Assembly (NCBI GenBank): GCA_964461135.1
Contig: CAYWTB010000017.1
Location: 5,459 to 69,458, forward strand
Direction of reading: 5' to 3'
Source: an uncultured Caldithrix sp.
GTDB lineage: Bacteria > Calditrichota > Calditrichia > RBG-13-44-9
DNA: 64,000 nt
This document shows positions 39,433 to 49,162 of this stretch, piece after piece. Made by a program: the position numbers and the translations under genes. The notes beneath the pieces were generated by a model. That model made no database searches and was not told the DNA's origin. It worked only from the letters and a program-made list of their open reading frames with translations. Numbering within the stretch: position 1 is the stretch's first letter; each line of letters opens with the position of its first letter.

Positions 39433-41715
39433 ATGACACTCGAACAGCTGATTGATTATTTAAAAAATGATCCGGAGATTTCACAGAGTATCTCTTTTTG
39501 GAAAGAAATTCCTGAAAAACCTCCAATTTATGGAGAATTTCCCGAATTTATTAATCCATCCATTCAGGATGCGCTCAATACCCGGGGAATTAATAAATTA
39601 TATTCTCATCAGAGTGAGGCGATGCAGCGCATACAGGATGGTCAGAATATTGTACTGGTAACCCCGACCGCTAGTGGTAAAACCCTTGCTTACAATGTAC
39701 CTGTACTTAATAAAATCCTTTCCGATCCGGATAGTAGGGCTTTATATCTCTTTCCTACCAAGGCGTTATCCCAGGACCAGTTAAAAGAATTGCACGATCT
39801 CATTACGCTTATGAATGCTGATATCCGTACATACACTTTCGATGGAGATACCCCCGTGACTGCCCGAAAAGCTATTCGAAAATCAGGTCATATCGTTATT
39901 ACAAATCCGGATATGCTTCATCAGGGTATTCTTCCGCATCATACTATCTGGGTAAAACTTTTTGAGAATCTGAATTATGTGGTTTTAGATGAGATTCATC
40001 ACTACCGTGGTGTTTTCGGCAGCCATCTGGGCAATCTTATCAGAAGATTAAAGCGCATATGCCGGTTTTATGGGAGTAAGCCCCAGTTTATCTGCTGCTC
40101 GGCCACTATTGCGAATCCGGCGGATCTTGCCGCACGGATAATTGAAGAACCGGTAACGTTGATTGATAAAAATGGAGCTCCAACCGGCCGCAAACATTTT
40201 GTCCTTTTTAATCCGCCGATTATTAATAAACAACTGGGTATCAGAAGATCGGTGGTTACCGAAGTTAGAAAACTGGCTTCTCATTTATTGGCTGCCCGCG
40301 TACAATTTATTGTGTTTGCAAGGAGCAGGGTGAAGGTGGAAATTCTGACAAAATATATCCGGGAAGCAGCTAAAAAAATGCACATCGATCCCCAAAAAGT
40401 TAGCGGATACCGCGGAGGTTATCTCCCGCTGGAAAGACGCCGGATTGAACAGGGACTTAAAAGTGGGAGCATTCTGGGAGTTGTGAGTACCAACGCTCTG
40501 GAGTTAGGGATAGATATAGGACAATTGGATGTATCAATTTTAGCCGGTTATCCCGGTACCATTGCCAGTGCCTGGCAGCAAGCGGGTAGGGCGGGGCGGA
40601 GAAGCAATACCTCACTCACCATTATGATAGCCAGCAGTTCGCCGCTCAATCAGTATCTCATGGATCATCCAGATTATTTTTTTGAAAAATCACCGGAAAG
40701 TGGGATTGTGGATCCCAATAATCTGCTTATACTGATGAGTCATATTAAATGCGGAGCGTTTGAAATTCCTTTTCGCGAGGATGAAATTTTCGGAATTGAA
40801 GGTTCCAGGGAAATTCTGGAATATTTGGCAGAGAAAAATGTTCTACGCCATGCCGATGGAAAATATTTCTGGATGAGCGAAATTTTTCCGGCCGAGGAAA
40901 TCAGTCTGCGCAGTGCCTCACCAGATAATGTGGTGATTATTGATAAAACCCGGGGTGACAGAGTGATAGGAGAGGTGGATCTTTTCAGTGCCCCCATGCT
41001 GGTTCATCAGGAAGCTATATATATGCATGAAACAAACCAGTATCATGTGGATGAGCTGGACTGGGATCGGAAAAAGGCGTATGTGCGTTCCGTAAGTGTG
41101 GATTATTTCACTGATGCCATTACCAAAACGAATATTAAGGTGTTATCAGTTGATGAGGCAAAGAGTTTCGGCCCATTAAATCTGTCATACGGAGATGTTA
41201 ATGTCAGTACCGTTACCACGGCCTATAAAAAGATTAAACTGTTTACCCATGAAAATGTGGGCGCCGGAAAAGTTCATCTGCCGGAAATTGAGATGTCAAC
41301 CACATCTTTATGGATGGAACTCATGCCGGAGTTCATGGAAAAACTGGGAATTCCGGACTCGCAGCTGGGTGGAGCTCTGCAGGCTGTAGCCAATGTATTC
41401 AGAAACATTGCGCCCCTTTTTATCATGTGTGATCCGGGCGATATCCGGTCCGTACCAATGGTGCGCGCTCCATTTTCCCAACGTCCTACAATTTATCTCT
41501 ATGATAATTACCCCGGGGGTGTTGGATTAAGTCTAAAAATTATGAGTTATCCTTATCCACTGATTTCCGGAGCACTGAATCTGGTCAAGAGTTGCCCTTG
41601 TGATTCCGGCTGTCCCAGTTGTGTCGGTCCGGTGCTGGAAGTGGGAGAGAAAGGGAAATTTCTGGCCACAGTTCTGCTGGAAGAAATCAATAAACAGGTA
41701 AATTCTGAAAATTAA
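39433..41715 (+). CDS. DEAD/DEAH-box helicase with C-terminal DUF1998 zinc module (MrfA/YprA-like)
   Basis: Walker A TPTASGKT and DEIHHYRG (DExH) motifs. Has helicase C motifs and the C-terminal Cys4 CPCDSGCPSCVGP typical of DUF1998. Confidence 0.75.
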   Translation: MTLEQLIDYLKNDPEISQSISFWKEIPEKPPIYGEFPEFINPSIQDALNTRGINKLYSHQSEAMQRIQDGQNIVLVTPTASGKTLAYNVPVLNKILSDPDSRALYLFPTKALSQDQLKELHDLITLMNADIRTYTFDGDTPVTARKAIRKSGHIVITNPDMLHQGILPHHTIWVKLFENLNYVVLDEIHHYRGVFGSHLGNLIRRLKRICRFYGSKPQFICCSATIANPADLAARIIEEPVTLIDKNGAPTGRKHFVLFNPPIINKQLGIRRSVVTEVRKLASHLLAARVQFIVFARSRVKVEILTKYIREAAKKMHIDPQKVSGYRGGYLPLERRRIEQGLKSGSILGVVSTNALELGIDIGQLDVSILAGYPGTIASAWQQAGRAGRRSNTSLTIMIASSSPLNQYLMDHPDYFFEKSPESGIVDPNNLLILMSHIKCGAFEIPFREDEIFGIEGSREILEYLAEKNVLRHADGKYFWMSEIFPAEEISLRSASPDNVVIIDKTRGDRVIGEVDLFSAPMLVHQEAIYMHETNQYHVDELDWDRKKAYVRSVSVDYFTDAITKTNIKVLSVDEAKSFGPLNLSYGDVNVSTVTTAYKKIKLFTHENVGAGKVHLPEIEMSTTSLWMELMPEFMEKLGIPDSQLGGALQAVANVFRNIAPLFIMCDPGDIRSVPMVRAPFSQRPTIYLYDNYPGGVGLSLKIMSYPYPLISGALNLVKSCPCDSGCPSCVGPVLEVGEKGKFLATVLLEEINKQVNSEN

Positions 41716-41721
41716 AAAGAT

Positions 41722-42993
41722 ATGAGTAGTATTAAAGATAAACTGCAGCGTCTGGACCGGTCTCCTGCCATCCGATCTGAATCTTGTCAGACTGAAAATC
41801 CTGCCACCGGAAAATGGATTACTGATTTTCAAATGGAACTCGGTGCTTCGGTACTTGAGGAAAAAAATTCGTTTATTATCCTTAAAGAAAATTATTTTCC
41901 ACTTTATAAAAATTCCAGCTACAATAACCTGCAGGAAGCAAATTACTTTCTGCCACATTTCCATTATATTAGTGGAGATCCGCGCACCAGGGACTGGAAC
42001 CTGCGAAAAACCCTCTTCATTGATCTGGAGACAACCGGGCTTTCCGGTGGAACCGGCACATTTGCCTTTTTAATAGGTCTGGGCCATGTTGAACTGGATC
42101 ATATCGTTGTCAGGCAATATCTGTTGCCGGATTTCCAGCATGAGTGGCTGCTGCTGAAGCACATTAAAAATGCATTTGTGGGAAGGGAATTTATTGCCAG
42201 TTTCAATGGTAAAAGTTTTGATATCCCCTTACTCCGAAATCGTTTTATACTTAATCGCATTGATTCCGTTCTTGATGATCTCATCCATATAGATATTCTT
42301 CATCCCGCCCGGCGGATATGGAAAAGACGTCTAAATTCATGTGACCTGGTAAATCTGGAGTATGCTGTTTTAGGAGAGGAAAGGATAGGTGATATACCGG
42401 GCGAAATGATTCCCCAGATCTATTTCGAGTATATCCGTAAAAGACAGGCGATTCTTTTGCGTGATGTGCTGGAGCACAATTATTATGATATAGTTCATTT
42501 GATCATTCTTACCATGCATATTGGAAAAATGATTGCAGATCCGCTGGAATCCTGCCGACATGAAGAAGATCTCTATTCCCTGGCCAGATATTATTACCAG
42601 AATGAACATTTTTCAGAAGCTTTACCGTTATTGCAGCATCTTTATGAACTGGGAAAAGATCCTCAACTGAAAAAAGAATCCATGTTCATTCTGTCCATGA
42701 TCTACAAAAAAAGAGGAGACACCCGGGCTTCCCGTGATTTATTTCAGGCTCTCATCAGTACCCAGAAGGATCATGCAGAAGCACTTCAAGAACTTGCCAA
42801 ATATTATGAACATAAGGAAAAAAATTATCGGAGTGCGCTGGAGTTAATAGACAGAGGAATTGAATACTCGTTGTTTCTGCAGCAGTTGGGTAAAGATTCA
42901 CCCCTCCATGATATTAAGGATGATCTGATCTACCGTCGTAACCGCCTGATTAAAAAAATAAGTAAATGGTCTTCTGAAGCAGAAAGTGAGTAA
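41722..42993 (+). CDS. RNase-H-fold exonuclease with C-terminal TPR region (MrfB/YprB-like)
   Basis: LFIDLETTGLSGGTGTFAFLIGLG… and FNGKSFDIPLL are YprB-type RNase_H-like motifs. Has a TPR-like C-terminus. Starts 7 nt after the helicase stop. Confidence 0.65.
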   Translation: MSSIKDKLQRLDRSPAIRSESCQTENPATGKWITDFQMELGASVLEEKNSFIILKENYFPLYKNSSYNNLQEANYFLPHFHYISGDPRTRDWNLRKTLFIDLETTGLSGGTGTFAFLIGLGHVELDHIVVRQYLLPDFQHEWLLLKHIKNAFVGREFIASFNGKSFDIPLLRNRFILNRIDSVLDDLIHIDILHPARRIWKRRLNSCDLVNLEYAVLGEERIGDIPGEMIPQIYFEYIRKRQAILLRDVLEHNYYDIVHLIILTMHIGKMIADPLESCRHEEDLYSLARYYYQNEHFSEALPLLQHLYELGKDPQLKKESMFILSMIYKKRGDTRASRDLFQALISTQKDHAEALQELAKYYEHKEKNYRSALELIDRGIEYSLFLQQLGKDSPLHDIKDDLIYRRNRLIKKISKWSSEAESE

Positions 42994-43056
42994 ACAGTTA
43001 TTAATCAGCAGTTGGCAGTAATTCTGGTTAAGTCATAAAAGATTAATCCGGTAAAA

Positions 43057-43512
43057 TTATTTTTTTACCTTCAGTAATTGAACATCAAAAATCAGAGTGG
43101 CGTTTGGGGGAATTACTCCAGCCGCACCATATTCACCATATGCCAGATCCGGGGGGATTACCAACTGGCGTATTCCACCGACTTTCATGCCTGTCACACC
43201 TTCTTCCCAGCCAGGTATGACTGTACCACTCCCCAGTTTGAAAGAAAGTGGTTTGTTTCTGAGGACTGAACTGTCGAATCTCTTACCAGTTTCCAGCCAT
43301 CCGCTGTAATGCAATGTAACTGAATCACCCGAAATAGCCTCTTTACCCGATCCGACTTTAATATCTGCATATTTCAACCCGCTCGGTGTTATAGTATATG
43401 CACTGTCTGCTATTTTTGTTGGCTGATCAGTGGATATTCCGATTTTTTCTTCCTTTGAACATGAGACAAGCAGCAGCAGGATAAATCCATAATGGAAAAT
43501 ATAACGCATCAA
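43057..43512 (-). CDS. FKBP-type peptidyl-prolyl cis-trans isomerase lipoprotein
   Basis: Lipobox LLLVSC. FKBP domain GDSVTLHYSGWLETGKRFDSS…IPGWEEGVTGMKVGGIRQLVIPPDLAYGEYG. Confidence 0.88.
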   Translation of the reverse strand: MMRYIFHYGFILLLLVSCSKEEKIGISTDQPTKIADSAYTITPSGLKYADIKVGSGKEAISGDSVTLHYSGWLETGKRFDSSVLRNKPLSFKLGSGTVIPGWEEGVTGMKVGGIRQLVIPPDLAYGEYGAAGVIPPNATLIFDVQLLKVKK

Positions 43513-43704
43513 TCCTCCTTATCTTTGGTCTTACTATTATTTTTGAATCAAGTTTGGCAATCATATACGGCCGTAGAACTTATTCGGCAATACATGGTTG
43601 AAAAATATACATATAAAAAGCTGTAATGTAAATAGTAGAGAGAACAAAAAAAATATGGCAATCGACATTATTTACTTGAAAAGATTCAATTGTTTAATTA
43701 GTTT

Positions 43705-43974
43705 TTGAAAATTGATTTTTCAATGAAAAACAGATTATTAGAAGAGGAAAATAAAAATATTCGGCGGTTGCAATTGATGGTAGATTTAACGATTCAATTA
43801 TTATACCAGTCTGAGGAATTGACATTAGCGGAAGGATTTCAGCATATAGAAAATGTACGTAAATTTGCTACATATCTGTTTCCGGATAAGGAAAAAACAT
43901 TTAATCTGATCTACCGTCCCAGAATGCTGCGGGTACTACGGGAACGGGGTATTCTGAATTTCTCGCAGAATTAA
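43705..43974 (+). CDS. Hypothetical small protein
   Basis: 89-aa ORF upstream of relA. No recognisable motif. Confidence 0.3.
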   Translation: MKIDFSMKNRLLEEENKNIRRLQLMVDLTIQLLYQSEELTLAEGFQHIENVRKFATYLFPDKEKTFNLIYRPRMLRVLRERGILNFSQN

Positions 43975-44040
43975 TTATCTCTTTATATTTTTCACAAAGT
44001 TTAAATTCATAAAGGGATTGCCTTTAAGAAGGTGATTTGT

Positions 44041-46266
44041 ATGTTTAAAATTGAAAAAGATGATCCTACCTATAAGAGTCTTCTGCAGAAGTATGAAAAG
44101 CCATTTAGGGAATTACTGGAAGAAGTATGTTCATATAACCCTAATTGTAACAGGGATTTGCTTGTAGATGTTTTTCAGTTCGGTATCTGGGCTCACCGTA
44201 ACCAGTTCAGATATTCGGGAGAGCCATACTTCGAACATTGTCTATATGTCGCTAACATCCTGGCAAAATTCCGTATGGACAGTACTACAATTTCTGCCGG
44301 ACTGCTTCATGATGTGGTGGAGGATACCGGTTTTGCCATGGATGACATTAAGGAAATGTTTGGTAAGGACATTGCGAACTTGGTTAATGGGGTCACCAAG
44401 ATAAGTGAAATCAGTGGTCGTAAATCCCTCAGTCTGGAACTTCGGCAGGCGGAAACTTTTCGTAAAATGTTATTGTCCATGGCTAAAGATATTCGTGTTA
44501 TTATTATAAAGTTTGCCGACCGTTTACATAATATGCGGACACTGCAGCATGTGGCGGCCCGCAAACGGTTGCGAATAGCGCTGGAGACCAGGGATGTTTA
44601 TGCCCCGCTGGCACACCGCTTTGGAATGGCACAACTGAAAAGTGAACTGGAAGATTTAGCCTTTAAATTCATAGACAATAAAGCATTTGCAGATTTAGCC
44701 AGGAGATTGAATGAACGGAAAGATGAGCGGGAAAAATATATTCACCGCATAATAGATCCCATCAAAAACGAAATGGAAGAACATCACATTAAAGCCGAAG
44801 TGCAAGGGCGGCCAAAACACCTTTACAGCATTTACCGTAAAATGAAATCCCGTAATAAACCGCTGGAAGAAATTTATGATCTTTTTGCAATCCGGATAAT
44901 CGTAAGTGAAGTAGCAGAATGTTATTATGTCCTGGGTATTATCCACAACCTGTTCATTCCTGTTTATGAACGCTTCAAAGATTATATTGCCATGCCTAAA
45001 TTTAACGGATACCAGTCACTTCATACCACGGTTGTAGACAAATTCGGACGTATGATAGAGGTTCAGATCCGTACGGTTGACATGCACCGTATTGCGGAAA
45101 TGGGTATTGCCGCTCACTGGAAGTACAAAGAAGGGAAATTTCCGGAATCCGAGGATGATTTTGATGATAAATTGATATGGGTACGTCAGTTGCTCGAACA
45201 GTATGAGGATGGGGAAACAGTTGATGCCAAAGACTTCCTGGACAGTCTGAAAATTAATCTTTATCAGGACGAAGTATTTGTTTTTACTCCAAAAGGTGAT
45301 GTTATTAAGTTACCGCGGGGAGCAACACCTATTGATTTCGCTTTCGCCATTCATACCAATGTGGGTGTTCATTGCATTGGGGCAAAGGTGAATGGAAAGA
45401 TTGTTCCGCTGAAATATACCCTGAACAGCGGTGATCAGGTCGAAATCATCACCAGCCAGAATCAGCATCCCAATCAGGATTGGTTGATATCCGTCAAGAC
45501 CAGTAAGGCTCGGCACCAAGTCCGAAAATATCTGCGAGAAGTTCAGTTTGACCATAGTGTGAAACTGGGGGAAGAAATTCTTACAAAATATTTTAAGCGT
45601 TATCATGTAAAATTTAATGATGGAAAACTAGATGAACTGGTTAAAAAATTACATTTTGAAGACAGTTTAAACCTCAAAGCTGCCATCGGGCGCGGAGATT
45701 TATCTATAGAGAAGATTTTTTCAGTCATTTCGCCCGAAAAACCTGAAGAGCCGAAAGATAATCTTCTGGAAAAATTTTTACGACGTGGAAAGAAAAGATC
45801 AGCCATTCAGGTAGAAGGGGTAGATAATATCGTGGTTCATATCGGCAAATGTTGCCAGCCCGTTCCCGGCGATGATATTATCGGATATCTGACAAAAGGG
45901 AAGGGAGTCACAATCCATCGGACCAATTGTCCCAATATTCAAAGACTGATACAGGTTAAAGACCGTACCATCCAGGTTAACTGGACGGTGGAAGTGGATG
46001 AAAAATTTAAAGTTCAACTGGCATTGCTGGCAGAAGACCGTCATAATCTTTTGCGGGATGTTACTCAGGCAATATCAGCGCAGAATACCAATATTATCCA
46101 TGTTGATCTCAGAGCGAAGGATCGACTGGTTACGGGAAAACTGATCATCGAAGTGAAAAATCTTCCCCATCTCACCAGAGTAATAAATGCGATCAGTAAG
46201 ATTAAAGGAATATTGAGTGTGGAAAGAATTGAGGGATTTTTAAAAAAGCGTATGGCTCAAAATTAA
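44041..46266 (+). CDS. relA: Bifunctional (p)ppGpp synthetase/hydrolase RelA/SpoT
   Basis: HD domain (HDVVEDT), a synthetase domain, and TGS and ACT C-terminal domains. ATG at 44041 with AGGTGA RBS; the ORF track begins at an in-frame GTG at 44032. Confidence 0.92.
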   Translation: MFKIEKDDPTYKSLLQKYEKPFRELLEEVCSYNPNCNRDLLVDVFQFGIWAHRNQFRYSGEPYFEHCLYVANILAKFRMDSTTISAGLLHDVVEDTGFAMDDIKEMFGKDIANLVNGVTKISEISGRKSLSLELRQAETFRKMLLSMAKDIRVIIIKFADRLHNMRTLQHVAARKRLRIALETRDVYAPLAHRFGMAQLKSELEDLAFKFIDNKAFADLARRLNERKDEREKYIHRIIDPIKNEMEEHHIKAEVQGRPKHLYSIYRKMKSRNKPLEEIYDLFAIRIIVSEVAECYYVLGIIHNLFIPVYERFKDYIAMPKFNGYQSLHTTVVDKFGRMIEVQIRTVDMHRIAEMGIAAHWKYKEGKFPESEDDFDDKLIWVRQLLEQYEDGETVDAKDFLDSLKINLYQDEVFVFTPKGDVIKLPRGATPIDFAFAIHTNVGVHCIGAKVNGKIVPLKYTLNSGDQVEIITSQNQHPNQDWLISVKTSKARHQVRKYLREVQFDHSVKLGEEILTKYFKRYHVKFNDGKLDELVKKLHFEDSLNLKAAIGRGDLSIEKIFSVISPEKPEEPKDNLLEKFLRRGKKRSAIQVEGVDNIVVHIGKCCQPVPGDDIIGYLTKGKGVTIHRTNCPNIQRLIQVKDRTIQVNWTVEVDEKFKVQLALLAEDRHNLLRDVTQAISAQNTNIIHVDLRAKDRLVTGKLIIEVKNLPHLTRVINAISKIKGILSVERIEGFLKKRMAQN

Positions 46267-46277
46267 TGGAGGTTATA

Positions 46278-46757
46278 ATGCCGGACTATATCTATTTGTC
46301 TCAGGAAGGTTATGATAAACTGAGGAAAGAACTTGATGAACTTAAACAGTTTAAACGTCCGGAGATTTCAAAAAAAATCTCCGAAGCCCGGGATTTTGGT
46401 GATTTAAAAGAGAATGCCGAATACCATGCAGCCAAAGAAGCTCAGACAATGCTGGAAACCAAAATATTAAAACTGGAAGAAACCATGAGCCGGGCACGTG
46501 TTCTGAAAAAGGAAGACATGGCAAAGGATAAGATTACAATACTTTCCAGAATAAAATTAAAAGATCTCTCTAGAGATATTGAAATGGAATATACGCTGGT
46601 TTCCCCCGAAGAATCGGATTATAAGCAAAACAAGATTTCCACTACATCCCCTGTGGGTAAGGCATTGCTGGGTAAAAAGAAGGGAGATGTGGTAAAAATA
46701 CAGGTACCTGCGGGAACGCTTCGCTATCAGATCCTCGATCTAAAACTTTCTATATAG
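46278..46757 (+). CDS. greA: Transcription elongation factor GreA
   Basis: Acidic finger tip DFGDLKENAEYHAAKE. A GGAGG RBS sits immediately upstream of the ATG at 46278. Confidence 0.9.
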   Translation: MPDYIYLSQEGYDKLRKELDELKQFKRPEISKKISEARDFGDLKENAEYHAAKEAQTMLETKILKLEETMSRARVLKKEDMAKDKITILSRIKLKDLSRDIEMEYTLVSPEESDYKQNKISTTSPVGKALLGKKKGDVVKIQVPAGTLRYQILDLKLSI

Positions 46758-46809
46758 ATGTAACTCTTTAATAATAATCCCGCTATATAAAAAAAGTGGA
46801 GACTTTTTT

Positions 46810-47463
46810 ATGGCCCAGGAAGAGAAGGAAATCAGAAGACTATACCGTTCAAAACATGATCGATACATTGCCGGTCTCGCCGGCGGATTGGGTGATTATT
46901 TCCATATCGATGCGAATATCTGGCGGATTGTATTTATTATTTTAACTTTTACCGGTGGTATAGGATTGGTTTTGTATTTGATTGGTTTTATAATCGTGCC
47001 GGAAAATCCCTCACAGGAAAACCAGACTTCCAAGGTCAAGGAAAAAGACAGCACCTTTATTCTGGCCATTATTCTTATTATAATTGGCTTATTTCTTCTT
47101 ACCAGGGAATTTGGCCTCTTTAATTATTTTCATTTATGGAGAATTCCCTGGGCAGTAATATGGGCGATCTTTCTTATTTTTATTGGAATTCTTCTGATTT
47201 TGGCTTCAAATAAAAGTACTTCCGGTGAGGATAAAAATGGTAAAAATTCCGCCTTAAATATTTTTGATATTAATAAACTATACCGCAGCACAGAAAACCG
47301 AATGATTGCAGGTATTTGCGGAGGAATAGGGGAATATTTTAACATCGATCCGTCCATAGTACGTCTGCTATGGATTTTGGCCTCTTTCGCCTCGGTGGGA
47401 CTGGGCGTCCTGGTTTACCTTATTTTAATTTTCGTTTTAAGGGAAAAACCGAAAGAAGGATAA
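46810..47463 (+). CDS. Tandem PspC-domain membrane protein
   Basis: Two PspC-like segments (LYRSKHDRYIAGLAGGLGDYFHID… and LYRSTENRMIAGICGGIGEYFNID…), each followed by TM helices. Confidence 0.75.
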   Translation: MAQEEKEIRRLYRSKHDRYIAGLAGGLGDYFHIDANIWRIVFIILTFTGGIGLVLYLIGFIIVPENPSQENQTSKVKEKDSTFILAIILIIIGLFLLTREFGLFNYFHLWRIPWAVIWAIFLIFIGILLILASNKSTSGEDKNGKNSALNIFDINKLYRSTENRMIAGICGGIGEYFNIDPSIVRLLWILASFASVGLGVLVYLILIFVLREKPKEG

Positions 47464-47517
47464 TAGAATATTCCGGGCAATTGAAATACCTATTACCCGA
47501 AAATAATCATGTCAATT

Positions 47518-47549
47518 AAAAAGGGATATCTGAAGAGGCATCCCTTTTA
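47518..47549. terminator. Bidirectional hairpin between convergent genes
   Basis: AAAAGGGATatctgaagaggcATCCCTTTTAA: an inverted repeat flanked by A/T runs on both strands. Confidence 0.45.
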
Positions 47550-47573
47550 ATTGATTAAATTATTTAAAAATTG

Positions 47574-47876
47574 TTACTTTTCTTTTAGGGTAAGATATGC
47601 CCGAGGATTTTCCACAAATTTATTTTTACAATATTCACTGCAAAACCCATATAGTTGATTCTCATAAATTGTGGTGTCTCCAATAGCATGTTGGGTCAGA
47701 TCCATATCACATACAGGATCATGGGTAGTTGTCAGCATATCCGCGGTGATATCCAGTGCTTTCTCTTCGGTTGGTTGTTCCTCCATTTTTATTTCTGCTT
47801 TTTTTTCACTTGAACAACTGCCCAATAAAAATAAAGTTATAATAAACAGGGGAAAAACATAATTATACGGCTTCAT
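47574..47876 (-). CDS. YHS-domain lipoprotein (putative metal-binding)
   Basis: Signal peptide plus lipobox LLGSCSS. C-terminal CDMDL…YGFCSEYCKNKF resembles the YHS/TRASH metal-binding fold. Confidence 0.55.
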   Translation of the reverse strand: MKPYNYVFPLFIITLFLLGSCSSEKKAEIKMEEQPTEEKALDITADMLTTTHDPVCDMDLTQHAIGDTTIYENQLYGFCSEYCKNKFVENPRAYLTLKEK

Positions 47877-48055
47877 AATAGCTCCTCATATAAAATCAAT
47901 AAATAATAACCATTTAATTATTTGATTCCGGGTGGACGATATTAAATTATTTATTATTTTTTCACATCCCGGCTGCAAATGGCAAAATTATTTTATAATT
48001 TAAAAATACATTTCGAACAAAACAATAATTTTAAGGTGATTCCAGGACTATTCTT

Positions 48056-48373
48056 ATGATAATAGATTTGCCTGAATTTTTCAAGGGATTGTGTGATATC
48101 ACTCGGCAACGCATACTAAACTTGTTACTGCATCACCCGGCAATGAATGTGAATGAGTTATGCCGGATATTAAATGAACCCCAGAGTAAAATTTCGCGAC
48201 ATCTGAATATTTTACGAACCAGCAAATGGTTGGTTAATTACCGCCGGGATCATTGGGTTTATTACCGGATAAATTCAGAGGTTGATCCAAGCTTGCAGCT
48301 CGTTTTGAAAAATTTGTTTAAAAATTATCTTCATTTTCAAAGTGACCTGAAAAATTCTATTGAAAATTATTAA
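48056..48373 (+). CDS. ArsR/SmtB-family metalloregulator
   Basis: wHTH CDITRQRILNLLLHHPAMNVNELCRILNEPQSKISRHLNILR. 105 aa. Confidence 0.8.
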   Translation: MIIDLPEFFKGLCDITRQRILNLLLHHPAMNVNELCRILNEPQSKISRHLNILRTSKWLVNYRRDHWVYYRINSEVDPSLQLVLKNLFKNYLHFQSDLKNSIENY

Positions 48374-48503
48374 TGAAGGTTTTCCTGTTGAATCGCAAAA
48401 CTGTTGTTTCCTTTATACTTATATGCGTTTATTATAATTGACTTGCATTTTATTATTTAATATTTTAATATGGTATGAGAGTGTTAAAACTAAGGAGAGA
48501 AAC

Positions 48504-49061
48504 ATGTTCAAATTTGTAATGAGTTCCATTCTGATTTTGCTGGTTTTAAGTTTTTTCACCCTTGGCATCATTGCTCAGGATAGTCAGCCCAAATATATTG
48601 GTGTCAAGAATTGTAAAATGTGTCATATTTCGAAAAAAAGCGGAGAAGCTTATAATATTTGGGCAGCTTCTGCTCATGCCAAAGCGTATCAAACACTTGC
48701 TACACCGGAAGCAAAGGAAATTGCCAAGAAGAATGATATTGAGGATCCACAAAAAAGCGAAAAATGTTTGAAATGCCACGTTACAGGATATGGTCAACCC
48801 GCTGCTGATTTTGAAAAAAGTTACAGCATGGAAGAGGGTGTTACTTGTGAAGCCTGTCATGGTCCTGGCAGTGAATATAATTCCATAAAAGTCATGAAAC
48901 AGATCACTGCCGGTGAAGTGGATGGCGCGAAATTTGGTCTGGTTATACCAGATGCCGCATTATGCAAAAAATGTCATAATGAAGAATCTCCAACATTTAA
49001 GGGATTTGATTTTGAAAAATTTGCGACCCAGATTGCGCATCCCATTCCAGGCGAAAAATAA
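48504..49061 (+). CDS. Tetraheme c-type cytochrome
   Basis: Four CxxCH motifs (CKMCH, CLKCH, CEACH, CKKCH). Has an N-terminal hydrophobic anchor or signal. Strong RBS TAAGGAG upstream of the ATG at 48504. Confidence 0.8.
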   Translation: MFKFVMSSILILLVLSFFTLGIIAQDSQPKYIGVKNCKMCHISKKSGEAYNIWAASAHAKAYQTLATPEAKEIAKKNDIEDPQKSEKCLKCHVTGYGQPAADFEKSYSMEEGVTCEACHGPGSEYNSIKVMKQITAGEVDGAKFGLVIPDAALCKKCHNEESPTFKGFDFEKFATQIAHPIPGEK

Positions 49062-49080
49062 TTAAAAGAAATTGTAAACT

Positions 49081-49111
49081 AAAAAAGGGCTTGTTTTCAA
49101 GCCCTTTTTTA
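49081..49111 (+). terminator. Rho-independent terminator after the cytochrome gene
   Basis: AAAGGGCTTGttttCAAGCCCTTTTTTATT. Confidence 0.65.
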
Positions 49112-49162
49112 TTATTATTATATCCTTCCTTATTTCAATTAAAGCAACTGATATGGTGAACA

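Noticed and set aside
49140-49160. TGGTGAACAATGC as a possible sigma-54 promoter for the TPR gene
   Set aside because: The GG-to-GC spacing is one nucleotide short of the obligatory -24/-12 geometry, and the element would overlap the start codon.
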